NCBI GenBank assembly: GCA_010909165.1
Contig: MU008160.1
Location: 248,001 to 312,000 of the forward strand
Direction of reading: 5' to 3'
Source of the DNA: Anthoceros angustus
Taxonomy: Eukaryota > Plantae > Anthocerotophyta
Length of the DNA stretch: 64,000 nt
This document shows positions 1 through 11,335 of this stretch, one piece after another. Under the pieces are notes generated by a model. It was not told where the DNA came from. It saw only the letters and a list, made by a program, of their open reading frames with translations, and searched no databases. The translations under genes and the position numbers were made by a program. Each line of letters begins with the position of its first letter. Position 1 is the stretch's first letter.

Positions 1-3000
1 AAGTACTCAAGGAAATTAGATGTTGATGACAAAGGCATTTTAAGGTGCACAAATCAATTGGGAGTATGTTCAAAAGGCTCATAGTTCGAGTCCGCCTCAT
101 CGTATCGTTCGAGTTCCCATATGTTCGGGCTTCACGGGTATTGAATGAGCGTATATTAGTGAATAGATTGGGGATTTAGATTTTGATGGGGAGGTGGTGG
201 TTCCGCCTTTTGTGGGCCATATGAAATTCTAATGCCTTCATATAGTTTGCTAATCGTCTAGTTAGCCTTGGTCGATTCTGGATCTGCGGTAGTCACTCGT
301 CTCACCGGTCGAATTTACTTCGTGATTAAACTTCTCTAGAATTCATGCTCTCATTACATTTCTTACTAACAAAGGCGGAGCATGTGCCGAAAGCTCAAGG
401 CCTCCTTGAATATCTACGGAGATTACTTCAAGGATAAGTATGTCTTTGCATTGTTTCCTTGTCCCACGTCTATGTACCCTTTCCTTTCATAAGGCCATTT
501 CGAAGCTCGGGAAAGGATGTTTGCTATGAGGAAGGCTAATATTTGCTTGGGTTTGGTTTGGTTTGGTTTGACTATCTTTGTTTATCCAAAGAAATTTGGA
601 CAAGTGGGAATAGTCGAGGATGTACATGCTACTATCGTTGGCAAAAGTACGGAGGAAACTAGATCAACACTTTAATGACAAAGGCATTACGAATGAAATG
701 AACTAGAAGTATATATGTTCGATTATAAGGGGCTCATGGTTCGAGTCCCGCACCATCGTAAAAATAATTCACACATTATAAGCAAGCCTTGTATATGTTA
801 TAATTAAGACCAAACTCAAACCCCAAGCATTGTATCACATTTTGAAATTTCAAAACCTTCTAACACCGCATACATGACGTATCGCTCATTCTCAATTCCT
901 CATCGATGTCGTAAGATGATATCTATCGTAGCTCATTATTGTCCTCATCTTTTTATTGTCATCCTCGTCTTCGCTTTCGTCCTCATCTTTGCTTTCATCC
1001 TCATCTTCCTTGTCATCCTCGTCTTTGCTTTCATCCTCATCTTCCTTGTCATCCTCATCTTTTCTTTCATCCTCATCTTTGCTTTCATCCTCATCTTCCT
1101 TATCATCCTCATCTTTACTTTCCTCTTCATCTTCCCTTTCGTCCACATCTTCCTCTTCTTCCTTGTTGTCCTCATCTTCCTCTTCTTCCTTGTTGGCGTC
1201 CTCGTCTTGATTCCATGTCCTTCTCATTTTCGCTACCCTCCTCATCTTCCGTAGTCTCTTCATCGATATCCTCTCTACGCATCCTCGTCTTCCTCATCAT
1301 CCGCATCTTCCTTGTCATCCTCATCATCACTATCACCATCATCTTCCATGTCATCTTCATCTTCCTCGTCTTCATCTTCCATGTCATCTTCATCTTCGAC
1401 TACATGTCTTTCATCAATATCCTCATCTTCTATGTCGGTCTTTGGCGCCATTGTATGGCGGTCATATTTGTCGGGCATTGGGGCACCATTGTATGGCAAG
1501 CCATTCTCTTGCACAATATTGGAGCTCGTTTCTTCTAGGAGATGCTACCTTTCCTTGCATAGAGAGCCAACAAGGGATGTTTGATGCGAGGGAGGCTACT
1601 TGCAATTGGTATTGAATAGATTGGGGCACAAGGGGTGATTTTGGGAGCGGTTTTCACTAAAACAGGTTGGGGTTAACGTTTCATCTTGGAAGGTTGATTA
1701 TCTTTGTTTGTCCAGAGAAAGGCTAGACAAGCTATAGCTTGGCATGGTTACATGCTGCTACCATTGGCAAAAGTACTCAAGGAAATTAGATGTTGATGAC
1801 AAAGGCATTTTAAGGTGCACAAATCAATTGGGAGTATGTTCAAAAGGGGCTCATAGTTCGAGTCCGCCTCATCGTATCGTTCGAGTTCCCATATGTTCGG
1901 GCTTCACGGGTATTGAATGAGCGTATATTAGTGAATAGATTGGGGATTTAGATTTTGATGGGGAGGTGGTGGTTCCGCCTTTTGTGGGCCATATGAAATT
2001 CTAATGCCTTCATATAGTTTGCTAATCGTCTAGTTAGCCTTGGTCGATTGGATCTGCAGTAGTCACTCGTCTCACCGGTCGAATTTACTTGATTAAACTT
2101 CTCTAGGGAATTCATGCTCTCATTACATTTCTTACTAACAAAGGCGGAGCATGTGCGAAAGCTCAAGGCCATCCTTGAATATCTACGGAGATTACTTCAA
2201 GGATAAGTATGTCTTTGCATTGTTTCCTTGTCCCACGTCTATGTACCCTTTCCTTTCATAAGGCCATTTCGAAGCTCGGGAAAGGATGTTTGCTATGAGG
2301 AAGGCTAATATTTGCTTGGGTTTGGTTTGGTTTGGTTTGACTATCTTTGTTTATCCAAAGAAATTTGGACAAAAGTGGGAATAGTCGAGGATGTACATGC
2401 TACTATCGTTGGCAAAAGTACCGGAGGAAACTAGATCAACACTTTAATGACAAAGGCATTACGAAATGAACTAGAAGTATATATGTTCGATTATAAGGGG
2501 CTCATGGTTCGAGTCCGCACCATCGTAAAAATAATTCACACATTATAAGCAAGCCTTGTATATGTTATAATTAAGACCAAACTCAAACCCCAAGCATTGT
2601 ATCACATTTTGAAATTTCAAAACCTTCTAACACCGCATACATGACGTATCGCTCATTCTCAATTCCTCATCGATGTCGTAAGATGATATCTATCGTAGCT
2701 CATTCATTTATTGTCCTCATCTTTTTATTGTCATCCTCGTCTTCGCTTTCGTCCTCATCTTTGCTTTCTTCCTCATCTTCCTTGTCATCCTCGTCTTTGC
2801 TTTCATCCTCATCTTCCTTGTCATCCTCATCTTTTCTTTCATCCTCATCTTTGCTTTCATCCTCATCTTCCTTATCATCCTCATCTTTACTTTCCTCTTC
2901 ATCTTCCCTTTCGTCCACATCTTCCTCTTCTTCCTTATTGTCCTCATCTTCCTCTTCTTCCTTGTTGGCGTCCTCGTCTTCTGATTCCATGTCCTTCTCA

Positions 3001-3212
3001 TTTTCGCTACCCTCCTCTTCTTCCGTAGTCTCTTCATTGATATCCTCTCTACCTGCATCCTCGTCTTCCTCATCATCCGCATCTTCCTTGTCATCCTCAT
3101 CATCACTATCACCATCATCTTCCCTGTCGTCTTCGTCTTCCCGGTCGTCTTCATCTTCCATGTCATCTTCATCTTCGACTACATGTCTTTCATCAATATC
3201 CTCATCTTCTAT
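1..3212. repeat. ~1.77-kb direct tandem duplication (1-~1430 vs 1771-~3210)
   Basis: AAGTACTCAAGGAAATTAGA starts at both 1 and 1771. The copies stay near-identical through the acidic repeat tract and differ mostly by 1-3 nt indels. Confidence 0.9.
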
Positions 3213-6200
3213 GTCAGCTTCGTCTTCGATTACATGTCTTCCATCAATATCTTCATCTTCCATGTCATCTTCAACAACGTATATTCCATCGATATCCTCA
3301 TCTTCCATTTCATCGTTATCTTCCACTACATATCTAGTTCCATCGATATGCTCATGATCATCTTCCACTTCGTGTCTTCTATCGATATCCTCGTCTTCCA
3401 TGTCATCCTTGTATTCCAGCACTTCATGGACATGTCTTCCATCAAAATCGTCACATTCTACTACACGTCTTCCACGGGCAGTTGTACCAACTACAAGTTT
3501 CCAAGATTTTTTGGGTATTTTGCATAAAAAGCTCTGCTCCAATTTCGGAGATACCATAACGAATGGTTCGTCTTTCAGCTTTTCTTGAGATAACGTTTTG
3601 TTTGGATTCAACATGACCATACCAGTGGAGTCATCTCTTTTCTCTCCTGTCCTATCCTCATTCCAGGGGGTGTGGAACCACTTTACCTTGAGCACATTTA
3701 TATTTGTAGTAACTCCAAAATCAACTTCATAAATCCTCTCCACTGTTCCAACATACTGAAGTCACACGCAATGGGTTCGGGGTCACCTGTTTTCAATACA
3801 TAGAAATGTATATAGTTGTGTTATGATGCTATCACAAGTTTGTTCCAAAGATCAAGATCCGTCCGAATATGATGTCCATATGCCCACATCATGCTATAAG
3901 AACGCATGATTCAAATGGCCCTCTTACAAGTGCAACCACCTCCTTTCCATATATTTCTAATGCGTTCCCCTTTTAGATCGCTTCCACCTCATCGATTAAC
4001 CACTCCACAAAAGGCGATCTTGATTTCATTGTCATCATATACTTCTTTCCATTGCTTAGTCCACTCCGAGTTCTCTAATATCACTTTCCTCACTTGACTC
4101 CTTTCCATATCCTTGTATTCCAGCACTTCATGGACATGTCTTTCATCAATATCTTCATCTTCCATGTCATCCTTGTAACAACTCCCCACTTTGAGTAACA
4201 TCTTCTTTCATTGTCCAAATCCGTGGAGCTGCATTATGGATATTTCCAAAGAATTCTGAAGAGTAAAACATTTTCTCTTGTGCTAGATATCCTAAAGCCA
4301 TGCTTCCTTCCGGTCGAGCTTTTTGTCGTACAAGGTTCTTTAGCACTTTCATATGTCGTTCAAGAAAATACATCCAACGATAGCGTGTGGGCCCACATAA
4401 TTCAACCTCCGCACGGATGAATAACATGGACACGGCTTGTCGAAATGTTGTAGGAAACTCTCTCTCAAAATGCACATCACCTCCACAATTTTGACCTTCA
4501 TAGCAGGAATCTCATCCTTCACAATTTCTTTTGCGGTAAGCCAACGCATTAGTTCTGCGAGATCACATATAGCCTTATGCACACGTGGATGTATCAACCC
4601 TCTCAAGGCAATTGGCCATATGTCACATAACAAATGATGATGATCATGGGACTTCAGGCCTGGAATTGTCTCTCGTATCCCCTTCTTAAAACAACGTTTC
4701 AAGTTGGACCCATACCCAGTGGGCATACGGATGCTGCAAACCCTTCTCTTCAATTTCTCCAATGCTTTAGGATAAGAATAGTTAGTGCCATGTCCAAGAA
4801 CCCAAGGTGCTGGAGTCCGTATATGCACACGTTCGGCGTTTCCTTCATCAAGCGCATCATCTTGTCCTCTCTTCCTTTTCCTTGATTGCCTAGGCCTAGG
4901 CCCATACTTGGCTTGGGCTTGGCGCCATGGCCCATGGCCCTAGCCCTAGCCCTACCCTTGGGCTTGGGTTTAGGTTGGGGCTGTCCTTGGGCCACCATTC
5001 ACCTTGGTATTTGATAGTTCGAGATCTCTCGACTGCAAGGGTTTCAAACTCCCCACAAATGTGCCTCATAATTTGTTCACTAACGTTCTTTCCAATGTGC
5101 ATGATATCAAACAAGTGTCTAATTAGCAACACTGCAGCCATCACATGCATATTGATGATAATTGTAAGCATTCGATGCTACAAAGTTCTAAAAGCATAAT
5201 CATTTTATAATATATTAAAGTGAAGGATAAAAACGGATCGATACCTACCTCCCAATATGGAAGCTCCCAAAAATTGAAGGTTCATTGCTTGTGACACCCC
5301 AAGGCCTAACAGTCGCCTTAGTTGCGGTTTTCCGTAAAAAACTCTCTCTTACGATAACTGTTGCTGTAGGTTCATCGCTCGGAAGAACACTTGCAGTCAC
5401 AGCACGTCCATCAAATGTGTCCTTCTCTTCCACTCTAAACATGTGTTCCTCTGGCAAGTGCATTCTAGAATTTTTATCATACGTCATTTTTTTAGTGTGT
5501 GGTGATCTGCGTGCTTCAAGTTTATCCCAACATTTTGGACATGCCCGCTTCCCTTTGGTTTGAAGCTTTGAAGTGACCGTATATCCTGGGTAGTCGTGCA
5601 TAGTCCACATCAATAAGGCTTTTAATCTAAATTGTTTTTGAGCATTCCCATCTCCAGCGGAAATATCGTCCACTATTATGCCTTCTTCCCACAATATCTT
5701 CAACTCTTCAATAAGCGGTCGGAAATAAATGTTTGCATTTCTCACTTGCTTCGGACCAGGAATAATCATTCATAATAATATATGTCCATTGCGTATGGAC
5801 ATCCATGGAGGCAAGTTATAATTGACAAGTAGCACTGGCCAAATGGAATATTGAGAACTCTAGTGTCCAAACGGGTTAATCCCATTAGTAGCAAGCCCAA
5901 ATCGAATATTGCGTCTCCATAGCAAACTCTAGAAATGTTTGGTCCACATATTCCCACGCTTGGCTGTCTGATGGTATTCGCATGATCCCATCACTAGACT
6001 TAAATGTTGCATGCCAAGACATCATACTAGCTAGCTTCTTGCACCTAAACATTTGCTTCAACCTAGGAATTAATGGGAAATAACGCAACACCTTCACGGT
6101 ATTTTTTGCCCTTTGTATCCGTTCGTATCTATTTGCCCCACACTTGCAGCACATTAGCGAGGCTGTAGCTCGCCATGAAAATAATAGATCATTTGGACAA

Positions 6201-6603
6201 GCATGTATAGATTTATAAGACAGGCCAAATCCCTTCAATAGTTTTCTTATCTCAGCTCTATTCTTGGGCAACTTGTTGTCAGCGGGGAGTCCTAAGCTCC
6301 CTATTAATTCCAACATAGTATTCATAGATGCATCCGACCAACACTGCCTCCTCTGGACGTTAAGCAATAATAAGGTAAATGACAGCAAATTTGTTTTGGC
6401 TCCGGTCCATAAAGATGTGGTTGCAGCTGTATGCATTCTCTTCAATTCCTTAGGCAAAGAATTTACCTCTTCCTCAGTCATGTCGGCAATACCAGCTACT
6501 CCACCAAGTGCCTCCACCATCTCTATAGCCACTTGTTCATGAGGGTGAATGTATTCGTTTTCTTCCTCATGCATGGATTCACCATGAATTTTTCCCCTTC
6601 AAC
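2700..6603 (-). pseudogene. CACTA TnpD/Tnp2-type transposase (Transposase_21 + DUF4218 + DUF4216-like) with long acidic C-terminal tail; disrupted
   Basis: Motifs read across frames: IHACPND, LRYFPLIPRLKQMF, GLATNGINPF, WPVLLVNYNLPPW, IIPGPKQ, LMWTMHDYPGY, CPKC, LLIRHLFDIMHIGKN, GLKSHDHH, RWMYFLER, KARPEGSMA, LKVKWF, DEPFV. An intron lies at ~5132-5248. There are in-frame stops and frameshifts. Confidence 0.93.
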
Positions 6604-6801
6604 CTAGAATTTTGAGCAAACATACATAACATGTTATGAAAATAAAATAAAATAAAATATATAATACTTTATTATAGGCTAGCTTGACCATGATCTCTAA
6701 AGGATATCAATCACCTAGATAAACTATGTTCAAACTTCAAACACGATGAGGAAAAACTAATATTCACATCATTCACATGTCATGCAAATACTACTCTAAA
6801 T

Positions 6802-7726
6802 CTACATCCTTTTCATCAACTTTTCCTTCATCTTTTCCCACTTCCTTTTCGCATATTCTGCCGTATCTACATACTCCTTTGCATCCGCACCCCTGTCTTC
6901 ATGCATTAACTTTGCCTTCATCTTCTTCCACTCTCTTTGCACATACTCTTTAGTATGCGCATACTCACGCTCTGCAGCCTTTATTCTCGCTATCGCATAA
7001 TTTGGGTCAAACCAATTGTACTCAACAAACAACTCCTCACCGCTTCAATGGTCCGCCGCCCAAGTGCACACCCACATCATGTGGCTATGATGCAATAGCT
7101 CATGCCCATCGTCTCTTCCTCCCATAGGCAGTTACCTTGTTTATCGCTATTAATGTAACTGCCACATTCCCATATGCCACATGCCCATCCAAGTACACTA
7201 TAGGTGACGTAAGCTTCTTACGCCTACATCTGTTGAAAGTTAAGGCATATTTTCGAAACTCTGGCAATCTCCTATACTCCGCAATCTTGTTAAACTCTGC
7301 CTGTGTATACATGGGACCACCAAACACAAATAATGGAACGCCTTTCTTCTGGCTACGACTAACACTTATTTTTTCCAAGGCAAACAAACCCAACCCCATT
7401 ATTGGATTTGTTGCCTCCTTCACTATCCACCAACGACCCCAATATGGAAATGGTTTGTTAATAGGAATGGCCCCCTCCTCCCACATTCCCCACTCCTTGG
7501 GATATACACCTTTGAGAAGACGCTTGTATAACACAACAGCATCATGAGAGTTTGCATCCTCTCCCTCTCGTGGCTGGTAAGGGTGTTCAAGGAAAGGTCC
7601 ACGTGACTCTCCTTTCCACCCAAATTTTTTCCTACTTCGCAGAGACATGTGTCCACAGGTGCGTTCATCATCAGCATCATCAGGATCAAGAGTGCTAACA
7701 TGGTCCTCTATAGGAAGTTCTGCCAA
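6802..7726 (-). CDS. SET-domain (lysine methyltransferase-like) exon inside the CACTA transposase locus; frameshifted as assembled
   Basis: The ORF track gives IVKEATNPIMGLGLFALEKI...KGVPLFVFGG...KYALTF...YLDGHVAYGNVA. After a 1-nt shift it reads YINSDKQGNC, then RTIE-GEELFVEYNW, matching SET motifs GxG, (RF)INHS and ELxxDY. A splice acceptor ttttttgtatAG sits at 7728-7727. Confidence 0.8.
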
Positions 7727-7960
7727 CTATACAAAAAATAATCATCATAAGTACAAACTACATACCATACCAGTTTAACTTACGAAACCATCATGCATCA
7801 ATGACACATCATGCACATTTAAAAGGAGCATGCATATACTAAATCAAATATAAATATATATATTAATATTAAATATGATATACCTTGAATGTATCACGAA
7901 ATAGTGGTTAGAAACTCAATATACATCTCAAATACTTAACCAAAGGGGTTAGAAACTCAC

Positions 7961-8182
7961 GTCATATGCGCTTGCCGTCACGGGTGAGTCTTCACTTGGT
8001 ACGGCCGGGGTTTCTTCCGAACTTGCGCCTCCCTCCGCGCCTCGATATATTCCGTATGTACGCTCATGAATACGGACTTGATTCCCCCGCATAGTCCTTT
8101 GCCCCTTACAGTTTACACAATTACATTTCTCAAAAGCATACTGAACCATTGGTCGAGCACGCTTACGGCCACCTCCGGCATG
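7961..8182 (-). CDS. N-terminal exon of CACTA transposase (transposase-associated CxCxxC...H domain-like)
   Basis: KCNCVNCKGQRTMRGNQVRIHERTYG resembles the CPCxxC...V..H...G N-terminal domain of plant TnpD. The exon ends at donor GAC|GTGAGT (GT at 7960-7959). The start codon is uncertain. Confidence 0.65.
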
Positions 8183-8351
8183 ATGAGTCTGTCCACAAGA
8201 GTCTGTCCAAAAAGTTTTGTGTCCTTCCAATGCTGGATTTTGTGGCAAACAATAGCAAGAGACCAACAAGATTGTGTAATCCCTGCCGCCCACACTAGAA
8301 AACCTAGCACACAACCACATATGTATTAGACTAATTATATCCACAGACACA

Positions 8352-8790
8352 CACATAGCACAAATTTCAGAAAGAATTGGGAAGAATTGAGCTGCTACTT
8401 CCATCGAAACTTGACTCCACATAGCACAAATTCCAGAAAGAATTAGGAAGAATTGTGCTGCTATCGCCATCGAGACTTGGTTGCACATAGCACAAATTCT
8501 AGAAAGAATTGGGGAGAATTGTGCTGCTACTGCCATCGAGACTTGGTTGCACATAGCACAAATTCCAGAAAGAATTGGGAAGAATTGAGCTGCTACTTCC
8601 ATCGAGACTTGACTCCACATAGCACAAATTCCAGAAAGAATTGGGAAGAATTGAGCTGCTACTTCCATCGAGACTTGGCTCCACATAGCACAAATTCCAG
8701 AAAGAATTGGGGAGAATTATGCTGCTATTGCCATCGAGACTTGGTTGCACATAGCAATTGGGAAGAATTGGGCTGCTACTCCCATCAAGA
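8352..8790. repeat. 66-bp tandem repeat (~6.5 copies) in the 5' region of CACTA A
   Basis: Unit CACATAGCACAAATTCCAGAAAGAATTGGG...CATCGAGACTTG; the ORF track shows 22-aa periodicity. Confidence 0.9.
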
Positions 8791-8934
8791 CTTGGGCAAC
8801 CAGGTCTGACCTAAGAGGATAATGGCCACTAACTCATTGAGAGTCCTTTCTCCTTCATGGTGCTTGATTTCGAGGCGATAGCGCAATCCCGATCACCTAC
8901 TTAGCAATCCGAGCCCGATCCACGTGAGGCGATC

Positions 8935-9446
8935 CCTTGCTTGGCGAGCCCCGCCGAAATCTGGCCCAATCCACGAGATCGATCCCTTGCTTGGCGAGCC
9001 TCACGGCGAGCCTCGCGGCGAGCCTCGCGGCGAGCCCAATTCCTTGGCGAGCCTCACGAGCCCAATTCCTTGGCGAGCCTCACGGCGAGCCTTGCGGCGA
9101 GCCTCACATGAGCCCAATTCACCTTGGCGAGCCTCACGGTGAGCCCAATTTCTTTGCTTGGCGAGCCTCGCGGCGAGCCCAATTTCTTTGCTTGGCGAGC
9201 CTCGCGGCGAGCCCAATTTCTTTGCTTGGCGAGCCTCGCAGCGAGCCCAATTTCTTTGCTTGGTGAGCCACACGGTGCCGCATGTATGTGCCTATTACCA
9301 TATGCGGATATGGTATACCATATATGGATACGGTATACCAATACGGTATATTTTTGAGCACATATTACAACGTCCAAAATGTGCTTTACAACCTCATGCG
9401 TTGTAAAGCACGTTATGGACGTTGTAAATGACTTATTCTACTAGTG
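8935..9446. repeat. CACTA subterminal repeats (GGCGAGCC array; GTTGTAAA/TTTACAAC motifs) and terminal TAGTG
   Basis: Dense (TT)GGCGAGCC units at 8935-9270, TTACAAC/GTTGTAAA in both orientations at 9365-9430, TAGTG at 9442-9446. Confidence 0.85.
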
Positions 9447-10884
9447 AGCCATGTGTGCCACTATAGTACGTATTCAATCGTGTGTATTCAAGCGTACGTA
9501 TCCAAGCATGTGTATACACGCAAGCATACATAGGATTGTAAATTGCATTTTGAACGTTATAGACGGGTTACATCCACGTGTCAAGTGGCATGGTATGAAT
9601 CCAACATGTGGACTTTCTAATATGATTTTAGGCTACCCGCCGTGCTTGAGCACTCACACGCCCGTAGCTAGCGATGGCAATCCATCCGCTACCTCTCGCC
9701 AAGCTTGAACTTGCTGCCTTCACCGTCATCCAACCGATAACGCCTCGTAATGAAGACCGAGGCGGGCGCAAGTATGGTTGTGCAATGGCCACCGAGCACT
9801 CACACGCCCGTAGCTAGCGATGGCAATCCATCGCTACCTCTCTCGCCAAGCTTGAACTTGCCTTCACCGTCATCCAACCGATAACGCCTCGTAATGAAGA
9901 CCGAGGCGGGCGCAAGTATGGTTGTGCAATGGCCGAGCACACCAAGAGAACCAAGCGAAGCAAGGAAAGCAGAAAACCAAAGCGTGCCTCCAAGCCATCT
10001 GCGGAGGAAGGAGAAAGTTGGGATGAGCGCCACACCATCGGAGCATACGCATGCTTGGCGGATCTGAGTCCGTCTCGGTCTCAAAGCGCCTTCGATCTGC
10101 GAGTAATCCGGTGAAGCACACTATGACTCTCATGCTCGGTTGGAACTTCGTAGGCGACCTCTTGCGAGCAAGGAAAAGCGGCAATGCCTGCGGACGTCGG
10201 AGATGAAGAAGCGCGTCTCTTGGGTCCACTCAAGGAGGCACTGAGACTACTTCAAAGGGTGAAGGCGGGAAGGGAAGATTCATAACAATGTCCTGTTAAC
10301 AAGCCATTAGGTTATTGTGATGCTTGTTTTGCAGTCAGAGTAGAAGAAATGGCGACACACATGTGATGCCAGATTCGGTTATCTCATTCAACATAACGTG
10401 ACACTTTGAAATACGAAAACCCATGAACCGTGTCGTGAATCATCTCAGCGGATTAGGAACACGCTTATTACACAATGCAACAATAAGCGACACCCATATC
10501 CCAAAGGCTCCTTGCCACAGACTCGCCCATGACGGTCCCACGCTACACACAATTCCTTCACAACATCTCCAAGCTTTTGCCATGCCACAGCCGAGACTCC
10601 AAGGCGATTCTTGAGACTTCCCTCTCCTTTGCTTCCCAAGGTGACGGACGTCTCATGCTCATCTTCATCGTCCACTTGATCGGCAACCTCCATCGCCGGG
10701 TCCTCTAATGATGCAAACCAGCCGTTGCAAAAGAAGTCATGGACATCTTGTGCTCATCTTCATCGTCCACTTGATCGGCAACCTCCATCGCCAGTCCTCT
10801 AATGATGCAAACCAGCCGTTGCAAAAGAAGTCACGGACGTCTCAAGACACGAGCTTTACAACGCAAAAAATCTGCTTTACAACC

Positions 10885-11335
10885 TCATGCGTTGTAAAGC
10901 ACGTTATGGACGTTGTAAATTGCATTTATAGACGGGTTACATCCACGTGTCAAGCATGTGTATACAAGCAAGCATACAGGATTGTAAAGCACGTTATGGA
11001 CGTTGTAAAGCACGTTATGGACGTTGTAAAGCACGTTATGGACGTTGTAAAGCACGTTATGGACGTTGTAAAGCACGTTATGGACGTTGTAAAGCACGTT
11101 ATGGACGTTGTAAAGCACGTTATGGACGTTGTAAAGCACGTTATGGACGTTGTAAATTGCATTTATAGACGGGTTACATCCACGTGTCAAGCATGTGTAT
11201 ACAAGCAAGCATACAGGATTGTAAAGCACGTTATGGACGTTGTAAAGCACGTTATGGACGTTGTAAAGCACGTTATGGACGTTGTAAAGCACGTTATGGA
11301 CGTTGTAAAGCACGTTATGGACGTTGTAAATTGCA
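10885..11335. repeat. 21-bp tandem repeat GTTGTAAAGCACGTTATGGAC
   Basis: Perfect 21-bp units in two runs; the same motif occurs near the terminus at 9400-9428. Confidence 0.9.

Larger units (their letters stand above)
1..9446 (-). mobile_element. CACTA (En/Spm) DNA transposon A; 5' terminus at 9446, other end not identified in the window
   Basis: The reverse complement from 9446 reads CACTAGTAGAATAAGTCATTTACAAC, a CACTA-type terminus. Subterminal repeats and a TnpD-type transposase follow on the same strand. The left limit is uncertain. Confidence 0.85.

Noticed and set aside
874-3357. Plus-strand poly-Ser, hydrophobic and HPHL ORFs
   Set aside because: They are shadow frames of the minus-strand acidic repeat tract.
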